The translations under genes and the position numbers were made by a program. From Camelus ferus (taxonomy: Eukaryota), in the NCBI RefSeq assembly GCF_009834535.1, contig NC_045697.1:80850001-80914000 (forward strand): a stretch of 64,000 nt of DNA, in the 5' to 3' direction. Shown here in pieces: positions 38,609-50,642 of this stretch (positions are counted from its first letter, which is position 1; each line of letters begins with the position of its first letter). The notes beneath the pieces are model-generated. The model was not told where the DNA came from and ran no database searches. It was given only the letters and a program-made list of their open reading frames with translations.

Positions 38609-41600
38609 TATAACATAAAATGAACCACTTTGAAGTGTACAATTCAGTGGCATTTAGTACATTATTAATGTTTTGTGACTACCACATCTATCAAGTTGAA
38701 AAATTGTCTCTTCAAGAGAAACCCCTGTACCTATAAAGCACTTCCTTCCCATTTCCACCTTCTCCCCAAGGCCCTGGCAATCACCAATCAGCTTTCTGCC
38801 TTTACAGATTTTCCTGTTCTGGATATTTCATGTAAATATGTTTATACAGTATATGAGTCTTTTTCGCGTGTCTGACTTCCTTCCCTTAGCATATTTTCAA
38901 GGTTCATCCACATTTTAGCACATATTAGTATTTAATCCCTTTTCATGTCTGAATAATATTCCATGTCATTTATCCATTCATCAGTTGATGGACATGTGGG
39001 TTTTTTCCACCTTTCAACTATTGTGAATAATGCTGCCAAGAGTATTCATGTAAAAGTATGTGTCTGAGTACTTTGTTTTAGTTCTTTGGGGTATTGGCCT
39101 AGGAGTAAAATTGCTGGGTCATTTGATAATTCAGCTGCTTTCTGCAGTGGCTGCACCATTCACATTCCTGACAACAATTTATGAATATTCCAATTTCTCC
39201 ACATCTTCATCAACACTTGTTTTCTGTTTTGTTTTGTTTTGTTTTGTTTTTTGAGTAATAGCCAATCTAATGAGTGTGATGTGGTATCTTATTGTGATTT
39301 TGATTTGTAAGTACTTAATGACTAATAATATTGGGCATCTTTTCATGTTTTGCTTGGCCATTTGTGTATCTTCTTGCAGGAAATGTCTATTCAGATCTCT
39401 TGACCCTGTTTATATCGGGCTGTTTGTCTTTTGCTGTTGTTGTTGTGTTATAAGAGTTCTCTATTCTGAATTACAGACTGGCATCAAATATATAATTTAC
39501 AAACATTTTCTTCCACTCAGTGCATTGTCTTTCACTTCATTGATAATGTCTGTACCAAAGTTTCTAATTTTGGTAAGGTACAATCTATCTGTATTTTTTG
39601 TTGTTGTTTTGGTGTCATATTCAAAATTCCAGTGCCAAATCCAAAGTCATGAAGATTTACCCCTGTTGTGTGTGTTTTTTAAAAGTTGTATAATTTTAGT
39701 TCTTATATTTAGGTACTTGATCACCTTTGGGTAAAGTTTTGTGTGTGTGTGTTGTAAGATAGGGGTCCAACTTCATTCTTCTGCATGTGGATTTCCATTT
39801 GTCCCAGCATCACTTGTTGAAGAGACTGTTAGTTTCTCATTTACACCTTGTCAAAAGTCAATTTGCCACAAGTGTGTGACAACTTCTGGACTCTCAATTC
39901 TATTCCACTGCTCTGTGTTTATCCTTATGCCAGTCCCACACTGTCTTGATCACTGTACCTCTGTAGTAAGTTTTAAAATCAGAAATGTTCAACTTCGTTC
40001 TTCTTCAAGATGGTCTGGCTATTCAAGGACCCATGCAATTCTGTAGGAATTTGAGGGTCAGCTTTTCTGTTTCTGGAGGAAAAAAAGGCCATTAGAATTT
40101 TAAGAGAAATTATATTGAATATGTAGATTGCTTGGGAAATGTTACCATCTAACAATATCAAGTCTTACAGTCCATGAACACAGGAAGTCTGTCCATTTAT
40201 TTATTTTGGTTGTCTTCAATTTCATCAATATTTTATAGTTTTCAGTACACAAGTCTTGGACTTCCTTCATTAAATTTTTTCTAGGTGTCTTATTCTTTTG
40301 GATGCTATTATAAAAGATATTGTTTGCTTAATCTCCTTTTGGATATTCATTGTTAATTTATACAAATACAAATGAGTTTGGGGGCAACTTTACAAAGTTT
40401 ATTTATAAGCTCTAATAGTTTGTGTATGTGGATTCTCTAGAATTTCCTATATATAAGATCATGTCTGCTGTAAATAAGAATAGTTTGCTTCTTCCATACC
40501 ACTTTGAATGCTTTTATTCCTTTTTCTTATCTAATTGCTCTGGCTAGAACTTCCAGTACAGTTTTGAACAGAAATGGTGAAAACAAGCATCCTTGTCTTG
40601 TTTCCAATCTTAAGACTTTCAGTCTTTCTCCATTAAACATGTTAGCTGTGAGTTTTTCATAAATGTCCTTTAACATGGCTATTTTAGCTTTAGAGTTTTT
40701 ATGATGAAAAAAGTGTTGGATTTTGTCAGATTTTTTTTCTGCATTGAGATGATTATGCTTTTTCCCCCTTCATTCCATTAATTTATATTTATATTGGTTT
40801 ATTTTAAAATGATATACCACAGCTGCATTCCTGAGGAGAAAAAAATCCCACTTGGTCACATTGCATAATCCTTTTAATATGATGTTGGATTCAGTTTGCC
40901 GAGTATTTTGTTGAGAATTTTTCTATCTATATTCATAAGAGATATTTGTCTTTTGTTTTCTTTCCTTGTGGTATTATTGTTTGGCTTTAGTATCAGGGTA
41001 ATGTTGACCTCATGGAATGAGTTAAGAAGTATTCTCTCCTCTTCTACCTTTTAGAATAGTTTGAGTAGGATTGTTATTTCTCTAAATAATTGGTAGAATT
41101 TACTAGTGAGGTTACTTGGTCCTTGGCTATCTTTGTTGGAAAGTTTTTAAATTACTGATCCAATCTCATTATTTGTTACATTGTTTGGATTTCTATCATG
41201 TATTGCATCAGTTTTGATAGTTCATGTGTTTACAGAAATTTGCCATTTCATCAAGGCTGTCTAATTTGTCAGCATATAATTGTTCATAGTATTCTCTTAT
41301 AGTCTTTTTTATTTCTGTAAGGTCAGTAGCAATGTTTCTACTTTTCATTTCTGATTTTAATAATTTGAGTCTTCTCCCTTTCTTAATCACTCTAGTTAAA
41401 AGTTTGTCAATTTTGTTAATCTTCTCAAAGAGCCAACTTTTGATTTGGTTGGTTTTCTCTGCTATTTTTCTGTTCTCTATTTCATTTATAAGTTTATCAT
41501 ACTAAGAGTTTGTTAAATCTGATGAATTTTTTCTCTTACTGCTTTTGAGATTTTTTTTTTCTTTATCTTTTGACAATTTGATTATAATTTTTCTCCAGGT

Positions 41601-41789
41601 AGATCTCTTTGCATTTACCTTTCTTGGAGTTTGCTGAGCTTCTTGGATGTGTAGATCCATTTCTTTTATCAAATTTGGCAACTTTTCAGCCATTATTTCT
41701 TCAAATATTCTTTCTGTCCCTTTCTCTCCTCTCCTTTGGCTTTCCCATCATATGTATGCTGGTAAGTTTGATCTGTTAGGCTTTGTGCA

Positions 41790-41919
41790 TTTTTCCTCTT
41801 TTTTTTCCTTTTCTTTTTTCTTTTTTCCTTTTTTTCTTTCTTTTTCTTTTTTCTTTCTTTTTTTTTTTTTTTTCTTTTTTTCTTTTTTTTCCCCCCTCTT
41901 TTTCTTCTTTCTTTTCCTC
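41790..41919 (+). repeat. 130-nt pure polypyrimidine (T/C) low-complexity tract
   Basis: Only C and T from 41790 to 41919; followed immediately by AG. Confidence 0.95.
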
Positions 41920-42354
41920 AGACTGGAAAATTTTGATTGGCCTATCTTAAAATTCACTAATTTTTTTTCTTTGCCTATTCAATCTGCTATTGAAACACTG
42001 GTGAATTTTTAATTTCAGCTACTATACTTTTAAGCTTCAGAATTTATGTTTGGACTACTTTTAAAATTTCTATCTCTTTGTTTATATTCTTTTGTTGTTG
42101 TTGTTCAGTAATTACCCTGATTTCATTTGTCTCTGTCCATGGCTTCTTTGAGCTCTTTGAGCATACTTAAGACAGTTGATTTAAAGTATTTTCTAGTAAT
42201 TCTAATTTGTGCTTCCGCAGTGACAGTTTCTGTTAGTTTCTCCTGTGAATGGGCTCTACTTCCTTGTCTCTTTCCATGATTCATCTTTCTGTTATTATTG
42301 CTGTTAAAAACTGGACATTTGGATAGTATAATGTGGTAAATCTGGAAGTCATAC

Positions 42355-42993
42355 TGATGCAGGAAAACAGATGTAGGGCGTGAGAAGGGCCGTGTCCCAA
42401 GCTTCAGTTGAGTCCCTGGGATGTGCCCTGCCAAGTGTGGGTCCTTGGCTTCTCCCAGAAAAGAATTCACGAGCAAGCCACGGTTGAGTAAAGGTAGATT
42501 TATTCAGAGAGATACATTGAAAGTCAAGAGAAAGGCCACGAGGTGTGGGGGCTGGGTGCTCAGATTAAAAGTAGGTACCCATTCCATAGACAGAATGTGG
42601 GCCGTCTCTGAAGAGAGAGAGAGAGCGCGTGCTCGCTCGGCCTCGAGGCGCTGTGTTGCCAGTTTTTATGGGCTTTGTTGGCTTCATATGCTAATAAGTG
42701 GAAGGACCAGTCTAAGTAGCCTGGGGAAGGGGCTGAGATTCCCAGGAAGTTGGCCATTTCCCACTCTTTGACCTTTTGTGGCTAGCCTTGGGACTACCAC
42801 AGTGCCTGTGGGCATGTTATTCACCATGTTAATGTATTACAATGAGCATATAATGAAGCTCAAGATCTACTAGAAGTTAAATCTCTCATTATCCTGAGCC
42901 TCAAGGCCTACTGGGGGTTGAATCTTTCACCATTTTGATGTTAATTGCTATAGCATTCCTTGAATGGCTGTGCCCTGCCCTCTTCCTGTCTCA
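42355..42993 (-). mobile_element. ERV1 solo LTR, relatively young
   Basis: TGATGC...GTCTCA termini; TSD ATAC/ATAT; minus-strand AATAAA near 42500; several CpGs retained at 42600-42650. Confidence 0.9.
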
Positions 42994-43190
42994 ATATTAT
43001 TTACCCTTCTCAGGGTATGTTTTCATTGTTTGCGGTGAGTTGTAGTTGTTTGTTTATTGACTCTTCTAAATGGGTTTTGTAAAAGTTTTTTTGTAAACTA
43101 CCTTTTGTCATGTGTGGTCTTGGTTCCTTTACCTTATGGTCAGCTAGTGTTTTAACAGAAATGTCCTTGAATGCCTGGATCCACATTCAT

Positions 43191-43265
43191 GAAAAAAGGA
43201 AAAAAAGAAAAAGAAAAAGAAAGAAAGAACAAAAGAGCAAAAAGAAAGAAGAAAAGAAAAGAAAA
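43191..43265 (+). repeat. A/G-rich low-complexity tract, (GAAAA)n-like
   Basis: Directly visible in the sequence. Confidence 0.9.
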
Positions 43266-44019
43266 CATGCAAAGCAATTCTCCCAGTCTCTGCAGATTGG
43301 CTCTGTGTCATCGCACCCCCTCAAAGCTTAGCCAGGCTGTTTGCAACTCTTCCTTAGCCTTCAGTTCTTACTTGTGCTGAGCATAACGGTTAGCAAGAGA
43401 TAAAAGCTTAGCGTCTTACTGGATTTTTTCTGAGCATACATCTTAACCTGGACATGTGTGTGGCTTTCTAAATTCCTTGTATATGCAAGTGCTTTTTGGT
43501 GCCCCAATCTCCAAAATTAATTTTCTTCCCAGCTTTTCCTCCCATGCATGTCTATTGTTTGCCTCAATTGTAACCTTTTGCCTCATGCAGTAGTGGCAGT
43601 GAGTTGTCTAATTGCCTTCCAATGTTTTCTAGGCATGCCTTCTCTGAAGACACTTTTCTACCTCGAGACAGTTCTGAGTTGGGAGAGAACAAAGGCCTCA
43701 TTCCTTCAGGTAGCCCCAAGGCACGTAGAAACAAAACACTGTTCTCTGAGAATAAGGTCTGCTCTGATCATTCCAGACCAGGGACAAAGGTCTCAAACTG
43801 GGAACATAACTGAGCTGAGGAATGAGTGGGGCAAGATCAAGGAAAATGTCACAGGACTTTCCTGCTACTTTAAAGTTGCCTTTTCTTGATCATCATTTGT
43901 TTTGTTGCTGTAAAACCTTTTACTATTTCCCAGAGTTCTTCATTTGATTCTAGCAATTTTCACTCAGTTTTGCAGAGGACCTACTTTTTCTGCCATATTT
44001 GCTGATGTCACTCTGTTTT

Positions 44020-44795
44020 CACTGATTTTTAAAACTTTGCCTTGTGACTTATTTGATTGTTGGGTTATTTAGAAGTATGCTGTATAATTTCAAAATATTT
44101 GGTGCTTTCTTGGAAATCTTTTTGTTATTGATATTTCATTTAATACCTTTAGGGGTATGGGAACATACTATCTAAGGCTTCAATTTTGAAATTTACTGAG
44201 AGTCATTTATTGTCTAACCTATTGTTTATCTTAGTAACCATTCCATGTAGAAGCCAAAACCAATGTTTATTCTGCATTGTGTGCTGTTCTATAATTACTA
44301 ATTTGATCAAGTTGATTGCTAATGTTGATCAGATCTTCTATATCCTTACTCATGATTTATTCATTCTATCAATTACTGAGAGAAGGGAGTTGAAATGTCC
44401 ACCCAAGTTTATGGGTTTGCATAGTTCTCCCTTTATTCCTGTCAGTTTTGGTTTGATATGTTTAAAGGTCTAACATGATGTCTGTTATATCTTTCTAATG
44501 AACTGGCCTGTTTTATCATTTTGAAATGTCCTACTTTGTCTCTGCTATCACTCTGAATCCTACAGCCTACCCTTTTTGACATTAATATGTCTACACCATC
44601 ATCTTTATGAATAGTGTTTACATTGGTTATCTTTTCCCGACATTTTACTTTCAGAGTGCCTGTGTTTTTATAGGTAAAGTGGGTCTTTTGCAAGTAGTAG
44701 AGTGAGGCCTTCCTTTTTTATCTAGTCTCTCAATTTGCCTTATAATTAGAGGTCTAAATCACTTACCCTAATGTATTTATTGATGTGGTTGGTAA
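44020..44795 (-). mobile_element. Ancient L1 ORF2 endonuclease region (right half of the host element)
   Basis: GGGTTATTTAGAAGTATGCTG and CTATCAATTACTGAGAGAAGGGAGTTGAAATGTCC; ORF 44442-44693 (QKTHFTYKNTGTLKVK...GVDILMS) resembles the L1 EN N-terminus. Confidence 0.85.
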
Positions 44796-45094
44796 GAACT
44801 CCTTGCTCTTTTTGCAAAGCTTTGGTTGACTTGCCTCCTAGGTTGTCTTCTTTGTCTGCCAGTCCTCCTTCCTTCCTTCTCTTTGGAGGTTTATTGATTT
44901 ATTGATCCCTAACAAATATTTTGCACCTTCAACCATATTTTAATGTCTGCCAGGTAAAACTTTTCTAGTCTTATTTTAATGCCCCCTTAATTAGTATATC
45001 CACAGAATAAATGTGGTATTACAGGTTTTTTCTTCTTTAAAATATGGTTCTTTATCAAGAACTGGAAAGAAAATTAAGGGCAGCTGTATCTCCA

Positions 45095-45493
45095 CTGATT
45101 CTCCTAGGCCCTTCCATGCACTTTCTTGTAAAATTTAGTTTTAGCAGGAACCCTGTTAAGATGGTTGATCAGAACTCCCTTCTCTCAATATCTGATCACC
45201 CTGGCCTGTCTTCACCAAGGATTCTGTTAGGTAGGTTTGGATAAATTCCCCCTTAATCCTCATGTTCCCTTAGAATAATTTCCCATCCACTGACCCCCAT
45301 TCCACTCCTGCCTATAAATTCCCACTTGCCCATCCTATATTCAGAATTGAACCCATCTCTCTTGCCAACTGTAAAACCCCACTGCAGTGATCCCTATGCC
45401 TATCATGACAGCCCTGCATAAAGCCTGCCTTACTGTCTTAATGAGTGTCATTGAATATATATATTCAAGAAAATATATATATTTTCTTTAACA
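45095..45493 (+). mobile_element. ERV1 LTR, MER31-like
   Basis: AGTTTTAGCAGGAACCCTGTTAAG, ATATCTGATCACCCTGGCCTG, CCATCCACTGACCCC, CTATAAATTCCCACTTG; ends TCTTTAACA. Confidence 0.82.
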
Positions 45494-45852
45494 TAGGTTA
45501 CCCTTCTCTTTTCCAATCCTCAATTTATGTCTTATCTATTCACAGGCAAGGTCAGGAAGTTGAAAGATCACAGTTTGGCTAAAGAATGAGATTCTTGAGG
45601 AAGATTGGTAGTGACGAGTGTGAAAACGTAGGTGACAGAGTCCATTTCTTAAAAAGATACCTGACTACCTTGGTTGAGATTGCACATGTTAATGTAAGGA
45701 AACCTAACTTCCCTGTTTAAGTATTTGAATGATAAGGATTTAAAACTAGTCAAGAAGTATCTGGACACAAAGGAATAAACCCAGGCCAGTCTCAGTTTTA
45801 CTTGAATATTAAAAGCCAGAATAATTTTTATACTTTTTTGAAGCATTAATCT

Positions 45853-45950
45853 TGAGAGATCTGTTTTGTTTGCTTCTGTAGCCTTTGCCACTGGAACAGG
45901 GTCTAACACATAGTAGACTCTCAATATTTTAATAAGTAAATGGAATAAAT
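45853..45950 (+). mobile_element. L2 3' end
   Basis: TCTGTTTTGTT...GAACAGGGTCTAACACATAGTAGACTCTCAATATT. Confidence 0.65.
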
Positions 45951-46344
45951 AAAGGTAAACTAGTTGTCCACCTCACATGATGGCAACAGACACTGTCAAA
46001 AGTTTAATCCACAATGACACATCTTCTTAGACAACAAAAGAAATCTCTTAACATTATATCTCAGCTGATGAAGATAAGCATTGTGATTGATATTTTGAGA
46101 ACTGAGAAGTCACAGTACCAAGCAGACCAGCAGTGTATCTAGTGACAAGAGGGCAGGCAGAGTCACCCCTGCAGACAGCTACTTGGGAGACCAGAGGTTG
46201 GTGCAGACTTTGCTTCCCGAAGAAACTTATGGATAAAACTTCAAAGGAAATAATGTTAAGAGTTTCTTTCACTTAGCATAGGCCTAAGCTGTAATTGCCA
46301 CACACACACAAACAATTCCTCTTGAACTAACTCTGACTTCTTTA

Positions 46345-46527
46345 TTTTTAAATAAAGTTTATTATCATTTTTTGTTTTTATTTATTTGTTTTGTTTAGGG
46401 GGAGGTTATTAGGTTTGTTTGTGTGTTTGTTTATTTGTTTGCTTTAATAGAGGTACTGAGGATTGAACCCAGGACCTTCTGCATGCTAAGCACACACTCT
46501 ACCACAGAGCTGTATCCTCCCCCTTTG
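46345..46527 (-). mobile_element. tRNA-Ala-derived SINE (camelid Vic-1 type)
   Basis: Reverse strand reads GGGGAGGATACAGCTCTGTGGTAGAGTGTGTGCTTAGCATGCAGAAGGTCCTGGGTTCAATCCTCAGTACCTC plus an A-rich tail; perfect 15-bp TSD ACTCTGACTTCTTTA (46330-46344 / 46528-46542). Confidence 0.92.
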
Positions 46528-47879
46528 ACTCTGACTTCTTTAAAAAGTCATTTCTGGTCTTCTGGAGAAGTGTGCCCCAATCCGTATCTCCAACACATAG
46601 AGAATGGGAACATTCCAAAATGCAGCTTTCTTGAATCTAAAAGATTTGGGGTGAATTCTTTATATTTTCTTACCTATGTTTTCCAGTATATTGTGAATAA
46701 GTCTTTGTTTTCAAAAAATAAATATAAAATCATCCTAGTGGTAATTTCTAGATGTTGGCCCCTTGTGGCTAAACATCGGTAGAATGTGTAAATGAAAATA
46801 GGAATTGAAGTTTTTACATTGTTAAGAGTTCCACTTGAGAGCCCAGAAAGGTACCGAGGAGACAAAACTGTTTCTCTTTTATACATTTTATGTTAGATTT
46901 TGAGAGCTCGCTAGTCATACAAGCTCTGAACAGTTTTCTCTAGGTAGGCTATTAAATTCTTCACTGTATCCCTCTGACCAAATCAACAACTCAAATTAAT
47001 TAGATCTTGCGCCTGCATATAAGCTCCTGGTTCTATGCTGCTTTTTTTTTTCATGCCACACCTGAAAAAAAAAACACCGACTTTCACAGTGCAGGGCGCT
47101 TGCTTGATTCAGCAGATTTGCCTGAAGTGAACAAATGAAGCGTGGAGATTTAGATGGACCTGTCTAACACAAGCACATGTTATTATAACATTAATAAGAA
47201 AAATTGAATCATTGGCCCTGTTCTTCCCTAGGTTTCAAAGTCAATTTGCTTTTTTGCAGATAACTGGCAAAAGAAAGGAGTCCAATTATTAATTCACAAC
47301 AGGAGACACCATATCATTTGTTACACCATCAGCCCTCTGTGTTCTGAATGTGATGGAGTCAGTGAGGATGGACTAAAAGAGGTCACCTTCAGATATGTTG
47401 TTATAATGAAAATTTTTGACCTGAAATCGATCACTGAAAACAAGATTTTATCAGCAGCCTCTTTCTTTTATAAAATACAACTTTTCAAATTTGACAAGAA
47501 CTACAAAATAAGACAAATACTTTTCTGTTTGGTGTAGTCTGAAAATTATCAAGATTTCACTGAATAAGAGTGAAAATAGCTTTTAGTGAACTATGTTTCA
47601 TTTTTAAATAGTAAAATTCAGTACTGTGTCCTAATAACTTATTAACTTTCTTTTTTTACTAACTTGATATCACCATTTAGGGACCAAACACACACTCTTT
47701 TAGTTTAGAAATTAGGAAAAGTGTCCCCACTTTTGTCGAAAATACAATTCATCTATTCATTCACTATATATTTGAATGTCTATTAAATGCATTGTAAAGT
47801 TGTTACCTAGGCATACTGACATTCAATTAGAGTTAACTATGAAAGATTTAAACCAAGTTTTTATTTTGTTACTCGACAG

Positions 47880-50240
47880 CTTTATTAATTATCTCAAGTA
47901 GTTTTTCCATGAATTATTTTGGGTTTTCTATGTAAAAAACCATAAAATCTGCTAACAGTAATAATTTCATTCTTTGTTTCCAATCCTTATTTATTTTACT
48001 GCTAATTATTGTTTCATTTTACCATAATTTATTTACAAAAATTAGCAGAAGTTCTTTGGCATCAATTTTGTTCCTTTGGTTCTTTTTTTATTTTTGACAT
48101 TTTTAATGAAATATGGTACAAATATAAGGTGCATGAAACTACATGTGTAAGTCAAAAAATTATCACCAAAAAATATATGTGTAGCCTTCACTCTGATCAA
48201 GAAGTAGAACATTATAAGAATATTGGAAGCCCCCAGTAAGCCACTCACAACTGTGACTTCTTCCCTCCCCTCGCAAGTATAGCCAGTATACTGACTTTGA
48301 ACTTCATAGTTCAGTTTTCTTATTTTTGAACACTTTATAAAGTCATGTAGTATGTTGTCTTTTGTATATGTCTTTTTTTGCTCCATAAATATTCATGAGA
48401 TTCAACCTTGGTTTCATTTCTAAGTAGTTTTTAAAAAAATTCTAATAGCTGTTACCATAATAGGGATATAACACAATTTATTTATATATTCTTCTGGTGA
48501 ATGGATTTTTGGATTGTTTCTGGTTTTTACTTATACAAGTAAGGCTGCTACATACATTATCATATGTCTTTTGCCTTGCCAGTTTCTTCTTCAAGATTTT
48601 CTTGATAATTCTTTGAGTTTTTTGCAGTTCTGTGTAAGTTTTATAAAAACTTGAAAAAACTTATTGAGATTCTTGAGATTGAATTGAATCTCTAGGTCAA
48701 TCTGCAGTGAACTGAAAACTTCAAATGTTGATACTTCTAACCTATGAACATGATACATCTTTCTATTTACTTAATTTAAAAAAAAAATTTCTCTGAATAA
48801 CATTTTACTGTTTTCTAGTATTTTCTATGTATTTTCTTGTACATTTTTTTCCAGTTTGTTCTTAAATACCTGATGGTTTTATGATATTGTCAGTTTTAAG
48901 AATCATTTTCTGTTTCTAGACTGCACAAAATTGACATTTTTACATTCACTGATTCTTGTATCTAGCAATCTTACCAAACTATGAATCTAACATTTTTTTC
49001 TCTGTATTATTTTAGATTTTCTAACCTTCCAATCATAGTATTTGCAAATAATGGCAATTTTCTTCTTTCCAATATTTTTTTAAAAAAGTTATTTTTTTCA
49101 TCTCTCATCGTTAGGATGTCCAGTACAATTTTGAAGGGCAGGGTGTTAGAAATTTTCACTTCTTCAAACATTGCTTCTCTTCATTCATTGTCCTTCTACT
49201 CCTTTTGAAACTCTATACATATGTTAGAACTTGTCATAGTACTATTTATCTTAACCTTCTCTTTTGTATTTTCCAATGCATTGTCACTCCCTGGTTTGTT
49301 TTCAGTGTTTTATTTTAACATACATCAAAGGTTTATTATTTTTCTCTTCAGTTGTATCTTAACCCATCCATTGGGTTTTTAATTTTAGTTACTGTATTTT
49401 TCAGTTCTGGAATTTCCCCCTAGTTCTTTCCTTCATAGTTCCAGTTTTTTGTCAAAATTCTGCACTTAGATTTTGTATCTATGAATGTTTTAAGCATAAG
49501 TACTTAGAAGTATATGATTGCTAATTTGAGTATCTAGATTCTCTGCATTTTTTTCTATTATCTGTTATATCTCTTTGCCTTGGGGCACACTTTTGCCTCT
49601 TTAATATCAAATAGTTTATATTTAATTTTTATCTTATAGTTAATACCAGATATTTATGTGAAAAATTATAGAAATATTATGAGATTTAGGATGATGTTAA
49701 CTTCCTCCAGAAATAATTTATAGTTTCTTTTTCCCAGGGAGCTAGAATCAGTCTCAGACCACCTTAATCCAGTCCTGGAATTAAGATGATTGAAAACTAG
49801 ACTTTAATGAAGAAGTCTATGTATTTTTGCTTTGCTTTGCTTTGCTTTGCCATTACTCCTGGGATTTAACTTTTTTGGGTACCTACCGAAACCTGTGGAT
49901 TTATCAGTACCCTTCTCCCAATGGCAAACTCTGAATGTTGGTTTTTGGCCTCTGAGTCTGTTGAGTTTGTTGATTTCCTTGTTCAGTTTCTCATCCTTTC
50001 AGTTTCCTCTTCTAGAATCTGCATATACCCCTGGGGAAAAGTTAAGTGCCCTGACATACCTCTTTGCACTTCCTCTGTGACAAACTTTATTTCCATAATT
50101 ACTCATTGCCTTTTGGGGTTTTTTGTTTTTGTTTCTTTCAATGCCTTCACACATGTGTTTCTTGCATTAGTCTACTTTTTCAAGTTATTATCAGTTCAAG
50201 GATAGAGCTTAATGATCTAATCTTCCTCTGCTGAAATTTA
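47880..50240 (-). mobile_element. Mosaic of ancient L1ME/HAL1-type fragments (3' UTR, ORF2 and 5' pieces)
   Basis: T-rich antisense L1 blocks, e.g. GATCAAGAAGTAGAACATT, CTATGAACATGATACATCTTTCTATTTA, TAGGATGTCCAGTACAAT and TATTTTTCAGTTCTGGAATTTCC. Probably more than one element. Confidence 0.7.
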
Positions 50241-50479
50241 AAATGTCTTCCCTTTATTTCTCGTTTCTGTTCTAACTGTGAAGGAAAATTACCAGGCGAG
50301 AAACCCTCAACAAAAGGGAATATATATTGATATTTTAAGCACCTTATCACATGCCTAACATTAGTATATATTTTCATTAATAATTTTCAAATTCTGTGAA
50401 ATTATTACTTTTAGTCTCTTTTTAAAGATTAAAAGCAAAGCCAAACAAACATGCAGAAATCCCAAAATATAATGGGATT

Positions 50480-50642
50480 GAGTGCTTCTATTTATTAATA
50501 TGCAGGCAATTCACATGGGGACACTTTTAAATGCAGTGTCTAATTCAGGTGGTCTGGGGTATGGCCTGAGATCCTGTAGTACGAATGAGTTCCTGAGCGA
50601 GGCTGATGTTGCAGGTCCACGTACCACACATTGAGTAACAAG
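50480..50642. mobile_element. hAT-Charlie MITE, MER5A1-like
   Basis: TTCAGGTGGTCTGGGGTATGGCCTGAGATCCTG...GCTGATGTTGCAGGTCCACGTACCACACATTGAGTAACAAG. Confidence 0.8.

Larger units (their letters stand above)
38609..44012 (-). mobile_element. L1MB-type LINE-1 with 3' UTR, most of ORF2, part of ORF1 and 5' UTR; internally deleted and interrupted by an LTR
   Basis: L1MB 3' UTR (GAAGTGTACAATTCAGTGGCATTTAGTACATT); ORF2 peptide TEIKKTIREYYEQLYADKLDSLDEM (41208-41390); ORF1 peptide LPNLIKEMDLHIQEAQQTPRKVNAKRSTWRKIIIKL (41502-41693); 5' end GCTGATGTCACTCT at ~44001-44014. Confidence 0.88.

Noticed and set aside
39270..39734. Hydrophobic 154-aa ORF (and the similar 55605-56054, 59472-59702) as membrane proteins
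   Set aside because: These are antisense frames of L1 ORF2, a well-known source of spurious predicted proteins.
41647..42012. Phe-rich and Lys-rich ORFs (also 43110-43380)
   Set aside because: Artefacts of T/C and A/G low-complexity tracts inside an L1.
42590..42660. CpG island or host promoter
   Set aside because: Only ~70 bp and inside a young LTR; the CpGs reflect element age.
34710..42993. The two minus-strand LTRs as the ends of one provirus
   Set aside because: They differ in length and U3 sequence, each has its own TSD on both sides, and the intervening DNA is older host repeats, not retroviral internal sequence.
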